Origin: Cypionkella sp.
GTDB taxonomy: Bacteria > Pseudomonadota > Alphaproteobacteria > Rhodobacterales > Rhodobacteraceae
Direction: 5' to 3'
NCBI GenBank assembly: GCA_043743975.1
Contig: JAYTVN010000048.1
Span: forward strand, 21,984 to 85,983
DNA length: 64,000 nucleotides
Numbering within the stretch: position 1 is the first letter of the stretch; every line of letters starts with the position of its first letter. Made by a program: the position numbers and the translations under genes. Positions 49,046-60,737 of the stretch are shown here, piece after piece. The notes under the pieces were generated by a model that was given only the letters and a program-made list of their open reading frames with translations, was not told where the DNA came from and did not search any database.

Positions 49046-50143
49046 TTATCGGTTGCCGATGTCTGTTTGGGCTGCGGCGACCGATTTCACAATCGCAAAG
49101 ATCGGCTGGCCGGGGGTGAGGGCCAGCGTTTTGGCCGAGCGGCTGGTGATGCGGGCAAGCAGGTGGTCGGGGCCGATGGCGATCTGGACCAGCGCGCCGT
49201 CTGGGCTGACGCGGATGTCGCTGATGCTGCCGTGCAGGATGTTGAGGGCGGAGAGGCCCTCGGGGCGGCTGCGCGACAGCAGCACGTCTTGTGCTGCGAT
49301 GCGGATGCGCAGGCTGGTGTCGGGGGCGGCGGCGATTTTGGGCAGCCAGAGTGGGCCGCCGTGGGTGTGCAGTTGCGTCAGGCCGTCAGGGTCTTGCGCG
49401 GTGACGGTGGCGGTCAGGATCGCACCCGCATCGCGCAGGCCAAGGCTGGGGGCGAGATCGGGGTCAGCCAGCAGATCGGCGGCGGGGCCTGCGCGCAGGG
49501 TGCGGCCTTGATCCATCACGACGATGGTGGTGGCGAGGCGGGCGACTTCGGCGAGGGCGTGGCTGACGTAGAGGATCGGGATCTGGGTGTGATCGCGCAG
49601 GGTTTCGATATAGGGCAGCAGTTCGGCTTTGCGGGTCTCATCCAAGGCGGCGAAGGGTTCATCCATCAACAGCAGCGCGGGGTTCGACAGCAAAGCACGG
49701 CCAATGGCGACGCGGGATTTCTCTCCCCCCGACAGGGCGTTGGGGCTGCGGGTCAGCAAGGTGTTGAGGCCGAGCAAATCTATTATATCGTCGAAATGCG
49801 GGCCGCCGTTTTTCAGATTGGGGGTTTTGGCGGCGAACCAGCGGCCATAGCGCAGGTTTTGCTGCACGTTTAGGTGCGGGAACAGGCGGGCGTCTTGGAA
49901 GACATAGCCGAGGCGGCGGCGGTGGGGGGGCAGGTTGATGGCAGCGCTGGTGTCGAGCAGGGCGGTGCCCTCTGCGGTGATGCGGCCCTGATCTGGGTGC
50001 AGGATACCCGCCACAGCATTGATCACGCTAGTTTTTCCGGAGCCGGATTTGCCGAACAAAGCGGTGAGGCCGGGGGGGGCGGTGAAATTTACCTCCAGCG
50101 TGAAGCCGGGGAAGCGGTGGTTGAGGGCGACGGAGAGGGTCAT
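49046..50143 (-). CDS. modC: Molybdate ABC transporter ATP-binding protein
   Basis: GKSGSGKT, FQDARLFPH, LSGGEK, C-terminal TOBE domain. Confidence 0.95.
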   Translation of the reverse strand: MTLSVALNHRFPGFTLEVNFTAPPGLTALFGKSGSGKTSVINAVAGILHPDQGRITAEGTALLDTSAAINLPPHRRRLGYVFQDARLFPHLNVQQNLRYGRWFAAKTPNLKNGGPHFDDIIDLLGLNTLLTRSPNALSGGEKSRVAIGRALLSNPALLLMDEPFAALDETRKAELLPYIETLRDHTQIPILYVSHALAEVARLATTIVVMDQGRTLRAGPAADLLADPDLAPSLGLRDAGAILTATVTAQDPDGLTQLHTHGGPLWLPKIAAAPDTSLRIRIAAQDVLLSRSRPEGLSALNILHGSISDIRVSPDGALVQIAIGPDHLLARITSRSAKTLALTPGQPIFAIVKSVAAAQTDIGNR

Positions 50144-50850
50144 GATCCGGCGATCCGGCGCGCGACGGCGCGGCTGAGGAACTCGGACAGGATCAGGGCG
50201 AGCATGGCGACGGCGATTGATATGAGGACGAGGCGGAAGGCTTGGCTGTCGCCCCCCGGCACTTGCAGGAAAGTGTAGATCGCCGAGGGCAGGGTTTGGG
50301 TTTGGCCGGGGATGTTGGAGACGAAGGTAATCGTCGCGCCGAACTCACCCATGGCTTTGGCGAAGGCCAGCACCGCGCCTGCAATGATGCCGGGCAGGAT
50401 CAAGGGCAGGGTGACGGTGAGGAACACCCAGAGCGGCGATGCGCCCAGCGTGCCTGCGGCTTGTTCCAGCTTTGGGTCGACCGCTTCAAACGCCAGACGG
50501 ATGGCGCGGACCATCAAAGGGAAGGCCATGACGGCGGCTGCGAGCACCGCGCCTGTCCATTTGAACGCCAGCACAAGCCCAAACCATTGGTCAAGGTATT
50601 GGCCGATAAAGCCTTTTCTGCCGAAGGCCAGCAAGAGAAGATACCCGGTGACAACGGGCGGCAGGATCAACGGCAAATGCACAAGGCCATTGAGGATTTG
50701 TTTACCCCAGAATTGACGCCGCGCCAGCAGATGCGCGGTGTAGATGCCAAGCGGCAGGCTAAGCAGTGTTGCCCATACCGAAACGCGCAGTGACAAAGCC
50801 ACTGCGCGCCATTCGTCGGGGGTGAAGTCGGGGATCAACCAGTCGGGCAT
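50140..50850 (-). CDS. modB: Molybdate ABC permease
   Basis: LPLILPPVVTG, GEFGATI. Confidence 0.95.
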   Translation of the reverse strand: MPDWLIPDFTPDEWRAVALSLRVSVWATLLSLPLGIYTAHLLARRQFWGKQILNGLVHLPLILPPVVTGYLLLLAFGRKGFIGQYLDQWFGLVLAFKWTGAVLAAAVMAFPLMVRAIRLAFEAVDPKLEQAAGTLGASPLWVFLTVTLPLILPGIIAGAVLAFAKAMGEFGATITFVSNIPGQTQTLPSAIYTFLQVPGGDSQAFRLVLISIAVAMLALILSEFLSRAVARRIAGS

Positions 50851-50856
50851 CGGGCA

Positions 50857-51633
50857 TTATTTCAGAACGGTGAAGCCTTGGGCGGTAAACACGGCGGCGC
50901 TTGCATCGCTGGACAAAGCGTCGAGGAAAGCTTGCGCTGCGGGCTTGGTGCTAGAGGCGAGAGTGGCGGCAGGGTAGACGATTGGTTTGTGGCTGTCGCT
51001 CGGGAAAGTGCCGACCACGCTCACCTTATCGCCGCTTTCGTCATCGGCGATGGCATCCGAGGCGTAGACCACGCCGTAGGGGGCCTCGCCTGCGGCCACC
51101 AGTGCGAGGGCAGCGCGGACGTTATCGGATTGCGCGACATTGGCTTCGACAGCGGACCACAACCCGAGGCTTTCCAGCGCTTCTTTGCCGTATTGGCCTG
51201 CGGGGACGGAATCGACGGTGGCCATCGACAGCTTGCCATCACCCAGAAGCGCTTTCAGATCAAGGTCTTTGGAGATCTCAATGGGGGCGGCTTTGCCCGA
51301 GGCCACCAGAACCAGCGTGTTGCCAAGGATGTCTTTGCGGCTGTCTTTGTTGATCAGGTTTTCATCTGACAGCGTGTCCATCCACTTCTTCGACGCCGAG
51401 ATGAACAGATCGGCGGGCGCGCCTTGCTCGATCTGTTTCGCGAGTTTAGCGGTGCTTTCGTAGGAAATCACCACGGTGTTGCCGGTTTCTTTCTGCCAAT
51501 CGGCGGCAATGGTATCGAGCGCGTTTTTCAGGCTGGCGGCGGCAAAAACGGTGATGTCCTCGGCTTGGGCTGCGGCAGGCAAGGCAAGGCCAGCCAAGAG
51601 GGCGGCGGTCAGGGCGGTGCGACGGGTCAGCAT
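50857..51633 (-). CDS. modA: Molybdate-binding protein
   Basis: FAAASL, GAPADLFISA, VPAGQY, VYASD. Confidence 0.95.
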   Translation of the reverse strand: MLTRRTALTAALLAGLALPAAAQAEDITVFAAASLKNALDTIAADWQKETGNTVVISYESTAKLAKQIEQGAPADLFISASKKWMDTLSDENLINKDSRKDILGNTLVLVASGKAAPIEISKDLDLKALLGDGKLSMATVDSVPAGQYGKEALESLGLWSAVEANVAQSDNVRAALALVAAGEAPYGVVYASDAIADDESGDKVSVVGTFPSDSHKPIVYPAATLASSTKPAAQAFLDALSSDASAAVFTAQGFTVLK

Positions 51634-51642
51634 GGCGGCTCC

Positions 51643-51669
51643 ATTGATATATTTTGGCGAACATATCGA
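51643..51669 (-). promoter_or_regulatory. Mo-box (ModE site)
   Basis: Minus strand TCGATATGT-N8-ATATATCAAT matches the CG.TATAT-N8-ATATA.CG consensus, just upstream of modA. Confidence 0.65.
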
Positions 51670-51690
51670 CAGGACGGCAGGGTGCAAGCG

Positions 51691-52050
51691 TTATTTCTGC
51701 TCGGGAATATCGCTTAGCAGCGATTGCAGGGTTGCGATATGCGGCGCGGTGGCCACTGCGCTGGCGGTTTCCGCCGCGCGATAGGCGGCGATGACCGCAA
51801 GGCCTGTGACGGTGACCTGCGCGCCACCGCCTTTCGCGCCGCCCCGCGCGCTTTCCACCACGGGATCGGTGAAGGCGGCGTTCATCTCTTCGACCAACAT
51901 CCAAGCGCGCTTGTAGCTCATCTGCATCGCGCGACCTGCGGCAGAGATCGAGCCGGTGTCGCGGATATGCTCCAGCAGTTGCACCTTGCCGGGGCCGAGT
52001 TTCATCGCACCGAAATAGAAGCGCAGCAGGGTGTGGGGCGTGGGTTTCAT
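51691..52050 (-). CDS. modE: Short ModE-like winged-helix regulator (no molybdate-binding domain)
   Basis: LGPGK..LL..I..TGSISAAGRAM.MSYKRAW, RGG..GGGA. Confidence 0.88.
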   Translation of the reverse strand: MKPTPHTLLRFYFGAMKLGPGKVQLLEHIRDTGSISAAGRAMQMSYKRAWMLVEEMNAAFTDPVVESARGGAKGGGAQVTVTGLAVIAAYRAAETASAVATAPHIATLQSLLSDIPEQK

Positions 52051-52089
52051 CAGCGAAGACTCCTGCCAAACCGCGCGCAATGCAAGGGG

Positions 52090-53778
52090 TTATGGCGTCA
52101 GGGTCTGGCGGTTGCTGTGGGCAAGCTGGGCAGTGAGCTGCGCGATTTCCGCCGTGCGGCGTTCGGGCGGCCAAGCTTTTGCGGCGGCGATGATGTCGGC
52201 GATCTGGTTCAGGTCGGCGGCATTGATCGCGCCGGTGACCGCAAGGGTGGTGCGGCGCAGCACGAGGTCTGACAGATGTTCGACGGACTCAGTGCGGGCG
52301 ATCCAGTCGATTTCGGCGGCGCTATAGGCGGTGGCGTGCGGCAGCCGGGTGGCGTCGCTGTGGGGCGATTTATGGGCGACAAGGTTGGTCAGGCTGGTGC
52401 CGTAGCGGCTGAACAACTCTGCTGCGCGGGCAAGGTTTAGGCCTCCGCTGGCGGCAGCGCTGGCGATCAGGCGGGATTTGGCCGTGGTATCCGTGGGATA
52501 GGCCTTGCCGCCACCGATGCCGAGATTACGGGTGGAGATGCGGCGGGGGTGGGACAGGCGGGCGAGGCAGCTGTCGGCGACTTCCTCGGCAAAGCCGCGA
52601 AAGGTGGTCCATTTGCCGCCGACCAGCGAGATGATCGGGTAGGGACGCTGGGCGACAGGCTCCAACACCGGCGCGGAATGGTCGCGGCTGATCAAGCCGG
52701 GGGTGGCGGCATCAGAGGCGGGCAGCGGTCGGATACCGGAATAGGCGTAGATGATATGGTTGTGATCGAAGGGCAGACCGGGCAGCAGGGCGCGCAAAGA
52801 GGTGAGGAAATAGGCGATCTCGTCATCCTCGCAGCGGACGTTTTCCGGGTCGGCGGCTTTGATATCGGTTGATCCCACCAAGGCGCGGCCAAGGTAGTCA
52901 TAGACCAGCAGGATGCGGCCATCGTCGGCCTCAAAATAGATCATCTGGCCGTTCAGCATCGCCAGAAGCTGCGGGTGATCCAGCAGAATATGCGAGCCTT
53001 TGGTGCCGCCGATCAGCTTGGTCTCCGCGCCCAAAGCCGCGTTGACGCGGTCGATCCACGGGCCAGTGGCGTTGATCACCAGTTTGGGTTTGGTGATGAA
53101 GGTGCTGCCATCTTCGCGGGTGAAGCTGATGTCCGCGCCATTATGGGCGCTGATTTGGGTATAGTTCAGGGCTAAAGCATTGGGGTTTGCTGCCATGCCA
53201 TCGGCAAGAAGTTCCCAAACCAGTCGTTCGGGTCCGGCGATTTTGGCGTCATAATACAGCCCCGAGGCGACGATACGCGGGGTCATTTGCGGAAATTCGG
53301 CGAGGGTTTTGGCGCGGGATTTCATCTTGTGGCGCGGCATCACATTGGCGCGGGAGCCGTAATAATCGTAGATCGAAAGGCCGACTTTCAGCAGCAAAGC
53401 GCCCCGACTGCGGGCGGCGGTGGTCGATCCGAACAGGGTGCGCAGCGCGGCCCAAACACCCTTTGTCCAAGAGAAAATCGGGATCAGCGTCGGCAGCGGG
53501 GTGACGGCGTGCGGGGCGTTGCGCAGCAGCAGGTTGCGCTCCAGCGTCGATTGCGCGACAAGGCGGAATTCGCCGGTCTCTAAGTATTTCAGCCCGCCGT
53601 GGATCATCCGGGACGGTGCCGCAGAGGTGCCACCGCCGAAATCGCCCTTCTCGATGATCAGCACGCGCAGACCTTGCTCGGCGAGGTCGCGGAACAGGCC
53701 CGCGCCGTTGATGCCTGCACCAAGGATCAGCACGTCGATGCCGTTTTCCGACAGGTCTTGCAGGGTGTTATGAGTCAT
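52090..53778 (-). CDS. FAD-dependent polyol-phosphate dehydrogenase (GlpD-like)
   Basis: GAGING, IHGGLKYLE, KGSH, YSGIRPL, GGKWTT. Confidence 0.88.
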   Translation of the reverse strand: MTHNTLQDLSENGIDVLILGAGINGAGLFRDLAEQGLRVLIIEKGDFGGGTSAAPSRMIHGGLKYLETGEFRLVAQSTLERNLLLRNAPHAVTPLPTLIPIFSWTKGVWAALRTLFGSTTAARSRGALLLKVGLSIYDYYGSRANVMPRHKMKSRAKTLAEFPQMTPRIVASGLYYDAKIAGPERLVWELLADGMAANPNALALNYTQISAHNGADISFTREDGSTFITKPKLVINATGPWIDRVNAALGAETKLIGGTKGSHILLDHPQLLAMLNGQMIYFEADDGRILLVYDYLGRALVGSTDIKAADPENVRCEDDEIAYFLTSLRALLPGLPFDHNHIIYAYSGIRPLPASDAATPGLISRDHSAPVLEPVAQRPYPIISLVGGKWTTFRGFAEEVADSCLARLSHPRRISTRNLGIGGGKAYPTDTTAKSRLIASAAASGGLNLARAAELFSRYGTSLTNLVAHKSPHSDATRLPHATAYSAAEIDWIARTESVEHLSDLVLRRTTLAVTGAINAADLNQIADIIAAAKAWPPERRTAEIAQLTAQLAHSNRQTLTP

Positions 53779-54563
53779 GCGGTGTCCGTTTCGATCAAAT
53801 GCAGCCGCACGCCGGCGGCTTTCAGGGCGCAGGCTTGCGGTTCGGGCAGGGCCGCGCCCGTCAGCACAGCGTCAAAGGCGGTGAGGGGGGCGAGGGCATG
53901 CAAGGCCGATCTGCCGAACTTCTCATGATTTAACAGCAGGATACGGGTGTTGGCGGCGGCCATCATGGCTTGTTTGGCGCGGGTGACTTGCGCGTCTTGG
54001 ATATAGGCCATGCCGTTTTGCGCCGCAGAGGCCGAGCAGATCAGCACATTGGCGCGCAGATGCGGCAAAGCGGTTTCGCAGAGATGGCCGATGAAGGCGT
54101 TATAGGTGGCATGGAACTGGCCGCCAAGGCAGATCAGGGTGATATCATCGGCCCCGGTCAGGCTTTGGATCGAGGCGAGGCTGTTGGTGATCACCGTCAG
54201 CGGGGCGATGTCTGGCAGCAAGGGGGCGAGGGCGTGGCTGGTACTGGAATCGTCAAGCATCACCACTTGGCCGGGTTCGATATAACGCAGGGCGGCGCGG
54301 GCGAGGACGGATTTCTCTGCAGAAGCAACGGTTTGGCGGTAACGGAACAGGCTTTCATAGACGCCAGAGGGCAGGGCAGACACCGCGCCATGCAGCTTGC
54401 GCAGCAGGCCCGCGGCGGCGAGTTGATCAATATGGCGGTGGATGGTCATGCGCGACACACCAAAGCGCAGCACCAGATCGTCGATCCGGGCCTCACCCTG
54501 TTGCAGGACGTAAGCGGCGATTTCGTCGCGCCGATTTTCCTTTACGCGGGTTTCGGGGGTCAT
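53775..54563 (-). CDS. DeoR/GlpR-family regulator
   Basis: FGVSRMTIHR, LDDSST, VITNS. Confidence 0.92.
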   Translation of the reverse strand: MTPETRVKENRRDEIAAYVLQQGEARIDDLVLRFGVSRMTIHRHIDQLAAAGLLRKLHGAVSALPSGVYESLFRYRQTVASAEKSVLARAALRYIEPGQVVMLDDSSTSHALAPLLPDIAPLTVITNSLASIQSLTGADDITLICLGGQFHATYNAFIGHLCETALPHLRANVLICSASAAQNGMAYIQDAQVTRAKQAMMAAANTRILLLNHEKFGRSALHALAPLTAFDAVLTGAALPEPQACALKAAGVRLHLIETDTA

Positions 54564-56080
54564 GGCACGAGGGCTTCGATGTCGGGCCAGAGCGGGGCGA
54601 GGGTGGCGGCGATCTTGTTATACAGTTGAAAGCGTTTTTCATAAGCGGCGGCGCGGGTGGGGTCTGGGGTGTAGGTCTGCCCCAACAGCGACATATCGCG
54701 CGGATCGTGCAGCGGGCTGTCGTAAAGCCCAATCGCCGCCCCCGCGCACAGGGCCGTCCCCCAAGCGGCGGCTTCTTCGGTTTGGCTGGTGGTGACGGGC
54801 ATGTTCAGAACATCGGCGAACATCTGCGCGAAGGCGGGATTGCGGGCGACGCCGCCGGTCAAACGGGCCTCCTTCACCGGGAAGCCTGCGCGCAGGGCAT
54901 CAACGTGGGTGCGGTGGTTGAACACGATGCCCTCCAGCACCGCGCGCAGCATATCGCCGCGAACGTGCCAGCCGCGCAGGCCCAGAAAGCTGGCGCTGGC
55001 TTGCGGGCCGTGCGGCGAGCCGTAGAGAAAGGGATGGAACATCAAGGTGGTGGGTTTGGCAAGGGCGGCGTCAATCTCCAACGCGAGCATGGCGTGGATG
55101 GATGTGCCCGCAGTATCGGCTTCGGTCAGTTCAGCCTCACACAAGGCCTCGATGAACCAATCGTAATTCGCGGCAGAGGCGGGCGACAGCGCCATGTTGT
55201 TCCATTTGCACGGCTCGATTGCGTTGCGGCACAGCCAACGCGGATCGGTCATCGGGGTGTTGGACACCACTTCGTTGATCGAATAGGTGCCCGCGACGAT
55301 GGCGACGACGCCTTCGGCATGGCCGCCAATGCCCAAGGCAGAAGCGGTCACGTCATGCAGGCCAGCGGCAACCGGAGTGCCTGCGACAAGCCCGGTCAAG
55401 AGGGCGGCCTCAGCGGTGATATGGCCGATGATCTCGGCGGATTCCGCGATATCGGGCAGGGCGTGGGCGACGTTTTCCAGCCCGAAAAGTTGCAGCGCAT
55501 CAAGGGTATAGTCTTGGGTCTGCACATCGGTGAAGGCGGTGGAGGCCTCTGTCCGGTCGGTGCCAAGACTGCCCGTCAGACAAAACCGCAGCCAGTCTTT
55601 GCAGGCCAGAAACGTGCCGATCTGGGCAAAACGCTCCGGCTCGTTGTCGCGCACCCAAGCCAGCAGAGCGGCGGGCGAGCAGGCGGGGGGGATTTGGCCT
55701 GTCAGCTTCAACGCCGCATCGGCACGGTCGCGCCAGCTTTCGCAGATTGCGCCCGCGCGGCCATCCAGCGACAGGATCCCGTTGCCCAAAGGGCGGTTAT
55801 CATGGTCGAGCAGATACAGCCCATCGCCATGGGCGGTGGCGGCGACGGCAACGATATCAGAGGCGGGGCGACCGGAAAGCTGGATCGCTTCGGCAATCGC
55901 CTCGGCGGTCGCGCGCCACAGGCCCTCCATATCGCGTTCGACATGATGTGGCTGGGGTAAAAGCTGCGGCACACGACGGCGGGCGACGGCGATTTGCTGG
56001 CCAGATTCGTCAAAAATCACCGCTTTGGTGACGGTCAGTCCGTTGTCGATGCCGAGCAGGCTGGTCATGTGCTTCCCCAT
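54560..56080 (-). CDS. FGGY-family carbohydrate kinase
   Basis: GIDNGLTVTK, AHGDG, KDWLR, HD, AGTYS, LEG, GG. Confidence 0.92.
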   Translation of the reverse strand: MGKHMTSLLGIDNGLTVTKAVIFDESGQQIAVARRRVPQLLPQPHHVERDMEGLWRATAEAIAEAIQLSGRPASDIVAVAATAHGDGLYLLDHDNRPLGNGILSLDGRAGAICESWRDRADAALKLTGQIPPACSPAALLAWVRDNEPERFAQIGTFLACKDWLRFCLTGSLGTDRTEASTAFTDVQTQDYTLDALQLFGLENVAHALPDIAESAEIIGHITAEAALLTGLVAGTPVAAGLHDVTASALGIGGHAEGVVAIVAGTYSINEVVSNTPMTDPRWLCRNAIEPCKWNNMALSPASAANYDWFIEALCEAELTEADTAGTSIHAMLALEIDAALAKPTTLMFHPFLYGSPHGPQASASFLGLRGWHVRGDMLRAVLEGIVFNHRTHVDALRAGFPVKEARLTGGVARNPAFAQMFADVLNMPVTTSQTEEAAAWGTALCAGAAIGLYDSPLHDPRDMSLLGQTYTPDPTRAAAYEKRFQLYNKIAATLAPLWPDIEALVP

Positions 56081-56146
56081 CGCTTGAGCGATTCTGATGA
56101 AGTGAACATGACATGGTGGGATTGTAACGGCAATGCGCGTTACAAA

Positions 56147-57010
56147 TTAATCGACCTCGGCGTCAGCCTCAACCCTATGCGCGGTTTCAGAGGCGATGAC
56201 CACGCTAATACCTTTGGCGCGCATCCGGCTGATATGGGCGGCATCGGTGGCCTGATCGACGATCACCACATCGAACTCGGTGAGGTCAGCAAAAGCGTGC
56301 AAGGCGCGGCGGCCAAACTTGGTGTGATCAGCCAAAAGGATGCGGCGCTGGGCGGAATCGAACATCGCGCGCTTGGTCTCTACCATCTCGGGCGATTGGT
56401 GGAACACGATGTCATCGGTAATCGCAGGCATCGACAAAAACAAGGTATCCGCCCGCAAGCGTTTGATTTCGTTGGTGGTCATTCGCCCCATGAACGCGTT
56501 GCACCAGTTGTGCAACTGGCCGCCCAGACCCAGCAGGGTCAGATCGCGGATGCCGTTTAATTCATTCATCAGGATCAGCGAATTGGTGATCGCGGTCAGC
56601 GGCACTTTGGCGGGCAGGTGGGTGACCATCTGCAGCACGGTGGTGGAATCGTCGAAGAAAATCGCCTGACCGGGTTCGACGAATTGCATTGCCGCCGCCG
56701 CAAGTGCCTTTTTCTCGGCAGATTGGCGGGAAAACCGATAAACGTCGGAGGCTTCAATCAGGCTGGTCGGGGCAGCAGAGACAATGCCGCGCGCCTTGCG
56801 CAGCAACCCACGCGCGACCAGTTCATCCAGATCGCGGTGCGCGGTCATCAGCGAGATACCGAACCGCTCGGTCAGATCCTCGATCCGCATCGAACCTTCG
56901 GCCATCACCGCCTCGGTGATCAACTGACGGCGGGCGAGTTGGCGGGCGTGGCGACTGTCTGAGGGCAGTTGGTCGGCCATCAGGCCAGAGGGCGGTTTCA
57001 TATCGGTCAT
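56147..57010 (-). CDS. DeoR/GlpR-family regulator
   Basis: FGISLMTAHRDL, FDDSTT, DHTKF. Confidence 0.92.
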   Translation of the reverse strand: MTDMKPPSGLMADQLPSDSRHARQLARRQLITEAVMAEGSMRIEDLTERFGISLMTAHRDLDELVARGLLRKARGIVSAAPTSLIEASDVYRFSRQSAEKKALAAAAMQFVEPGQAIFFDDSTTVLQMVTHLPAKVPLTAITNSLILMNELNGIRDLTLLGLGGQLHNWCNAFMGRMTTNEIKRLRADTLFLSMPAITDDIVFHQSPEMVETKRAMFDSAQRRILLADHTKFGRRALHAFADLTEFDVVIVDQATDAAHISRMRAKGISVVIASETAHRVEADAEVD

Positions 57011-57052
57011 TCTCGCCTCCCTGTTCGTCTAGCGATGCCCGCGCCGATGTTG

Positions 57053-57083
57053 AAAAGCAAGGGGGCGCCGTTGCCAGCGCCCC
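57053..57083 (-). terminator. Hairpin after the solute-binding protein gene
   Basis: GGGGCGC...GCGCCCC stem; upstream A-run gives a U-tail on the minus strand. Confidence 0.55.
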
Positions 57084-57094
57084 GCAAGGTCAGA

Positions 57095-58042
57095 TTATTG
57101 CGACAGGGTGAACGGGCCGGTGTAGTTGGCGACGTTGTCTTTGGTGATCAGCAGGCAGTCAAACAGCTGCTTTTCGGTTGCGGCACCCGTGGCACCAGTT
57201 TTGATGAAGCTGTCGGCTTGCTTCACAGCCTCTGCCGAGAACACAGCGACGGGCTGCAACACGGTATATTGCATCTCACCCGCAGTGATCGCAGCCACAG
57301 CGTCCGGCGAGCCGTCAAAGCCGCCGACTTTCACGGCATCGAGCTTGCCGGCTTCTTTCAAAGCCGCAATCGCGCCCAAAGCCATCTCATCATTGCCAGC
57401 GATCACGCCGATGATATCGGGGTTGGCTTGCAGGATCGACTGCATCTTGTCGTGGCCCTTGGTGCGGTCCCAATCGGCGACTTCCTTGGCGGCTTTCACC
57501 AGATCAGGGTATTGCGTCAACACGGTCTCGTAGCCGTTCGAGCGGGTGGCGGCGTTGTTATCCGCCGGGTTGCCGAACAGTTCGGCGTATTTGCCGGTCT
57601 CGCCCACTGAGGCCACCCATTGCTGGGCGCCCATCGCGGCACCCTGCGCGTTGTTCGATACCAGTTGGGCTTTGGCGAGGCCTTCTTTGTTGATCTCGGC
57701 ATTCACCAAGAACACCGGGATGCCCGCATCGACGGCCTTTTGCACAGCGCCAACCGAGCCGTCAGCGTTTGCCGGGTCAAGGATGATGGCGACGGATTTA
57801 TTGGTGATCGCGGTGTCGATCATCGTCGATTCCGCGTTGGTGTCGCCCTTGTGCGCCGAAACGCTGGCGGTGTAGCCGAGGCTTTCGGCGGTGGCAGCCG
57901 CAACGTCGCCTTCGGTTTTCCAGTAGGGGTTCGCCGGGTCGTTAACGATGATGGTGATCAGGCCATCGGCGAAGGATGTGCCTGCGAGCAGGGCGTTGAT
58001 CGCGACAGCGGCGAGCAGCGCGCGCTTGGTCATGGTGAACAT
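57095..58042 (-). CDS. Polyol/sugar ABC solute-binding protein (erythritol-locus type)
   Basis: NPYW, SNNAQGA, NDEMALGA, GFDG; in an operon with DUF2291. Confidence 0.9.
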   Translation of the reverse strand: MFTMTKRALLAAVAINALLAGTSFADGLITIIVNDPANPYWKTEGDVAAATAESLGYTASVSAHKGDTNAESTMIDTAITNKSVAIILDPANADGSVGAVQKAVDAGIPVFLVNAEINKEGLAKAQLVSNNAQGAAMGAQQWVASVGETGKYAELFGNPADNNAATRSNGYETVLTQYPDLVKAAKEVADWDRTKGHDKMQSILQANPDIIGVIAGNDEMALGAIAALKEAGKLDAVKVGGFDGSPDAVAAITAGEMQYTVLQPVAVFSAEAVKQADSFIKTGATGAATEKQLFDCLLITKDNVANYTGPFTLSQ

Positions 58043-58133
58043 AGTCTCTCTCCCTTGGTTGATTTAGTCTAGCATTGCCAATCGCTTGGCCGGGTCTTTC
58101 CGCAGCGGATAGGGACCGTTGCGGCGAAGTAGG

Positions 58134-59198
<1,065 letters not shown>

Positions 59199-59207
59199 CG
59201 GTTGCTC

Positions 59208-60737
59208 CTAGTGGGCCACGGCTTCGCCAGAGGCGGCCATGATCTTTTCTTTGCTGATTGTATGATCGAATTCGGCCGAAATCCGGCCCCGGTGCATCAC
59301 GATAATCCTATGCGCAATCGACAGACATTCGCCGACTTCCGAGGTGGAATAGATCACCGCAAGGCCCTGTTTCGCACCCTCCGACAGCAGCCGGAACACC
59401 TCGGCTTTGGCACCTATGTCGATGCCCCGCGAGGGTTCATCCAGCACGATCACCTTCGGATTGGTCGCCAGCATCTTGCCGATCACCACCTTTTGCTGAT
59501 TGCCGCCCGACAGCGACCCAATCGGTGCCGTGCCGCTGGCATCGGTCTTCACCGTCACCTTGCGAATGGCATCGCTGACCACCGCCGCTTCGGCGCGGCG
59601 TGAGGTAAACAGCCCCTTGGTAAACGCACCTATGCTCGCCAAAGACAGGTTTTGCCCGACCGACATGGTCTGCACCAACCCGTCGCGCTGGCGATCTTCC
59701 GGCACCAGAACCAGCCCTTTGGCGATACGTTGCGCGATGGTCAGGTTTGAGACATCGCGGCCTTGTAGCATCACACGGCCGCCGGAAGGGACCAGCCGCC
59801 CGGCCACACATTCCAGAAGTTCGGTGCGGCCCGCACCCATAAGCCCATAGATACAAACGATTTCCCCAGCGCGGACGGAAAGGCTCAACCGATCCACCAC
59901 CGAAAACCCCACCCCCGCCGCATCCGGCACCGACAGGTTTTCAATGCTCAAAGCCGTCTCACCCATCGCATAGCCTGCGGGCGGCGATCCAAGGTCGAAA
60001 TTCTCGCCGACCATGTTGCGCACGATCCATTCCAGATCAATCTGCGCCCGCTCGGCATAGGCCGTCATCGCGCCATCGCGCAGCACGACGGCATGGTTGG
60101 TGATCTGCAAGGCTTCCTCAAGATGGTGCGAAATATAGACGATTGACACGCCGCGCGCGGTCAGATCGCGGATCACCTTGAACAAAACCTCGACTTCCGT
60201 CGCCGACAGCGCCGAGGTGGGTTCATCCATGATCAGGATGCGCGAGTTCACCGACAAAGCCCGCGCGATTTCAACGATCTGCTGCTGACCCAACCGCAAC
60301 TCCTCAACCGGAGTCAGCGGATCAATGTCTTCTTCCAGTTCCGCCATCAAGGCGCGGGTCTGGCGTTCTTCCTCGGCATAATCGACGCCGGAACGGGTCA
60401 TAATCTCACGCCCCATGAAGATATTGTTGCGCACGTTCATATTGGTGGCAAGGCTAAGCTCTTGGTGAATAATCGAAATCCCGCGATTGCGCGCATCTGT
60501 CGAGTTGGCGAATGTCACCGGAGCGCCATCAAGCACGATCTGCCCCGATGTCGGCTTCACCACCCCCGACAGCACCTTCATCAGCGTCGATTTGCCCGCG
60601 CCATTCTCGCCGAACAAAGTCGTGACCTGCCCGCGATGGATGTCGAAATTCACCCCTTTCAGGGCGTGGATATTGCCGTAAGCCTTGGCGATATTGCGCG
60701 CCGACAGCACGGGTTCGCTGAGGGAAGTGCTGCTCAT
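59208..60737 (-). CDS. Sugar ABC ATP-binding protein (two domains)
   Basis: GENGAGKS, DEPTSAL, PEDR, LSGGNQQK. Confidence 0.94.
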   Translation of the reverse strand: MSSTSLSEPVLSARNIAKAYGNIHALKGVNFDIHRGQVTTLFGENGAGKSTLMKVLSGVVKPTSGQIVLDGAPVTFANSTDARNRGISIIHQELSLATNMNVRNNIFMGREIMTRSGVDYAEEERQTRALMAELEEDIDPLTPVEELRLGQQQIVEIARALSVNSRILIMDEPTSALSATEVEVLFKVIRDLTARGVSIVYISHHLEEALQITNHAVVLRDGAMTAYAERAQIDLEWIVRNMVGENFDLGSPPAGYAMGETALSIENLSVPDAAGVGFSVVDRLSLSVRAGEIVCIYGLMGAGRTELLECVAGRLVPSGGRVMLQGRDVSNLTIAQRIAKGLVLVPEDRQRDGLVQTMSVGQNLSLASIGAFTKGLFTSRRAEAAVVSDAIRKVTVKTDASGTAPIGSLSGGNQQKVVIGKMLATNPKVIVLDEPSRGIDIGAKAEVFRLLSEGAKQGLAVIYSTSEVGECLSIAHRIIVMHRGRISAEFDHTISKEKIMAASGEAVAH

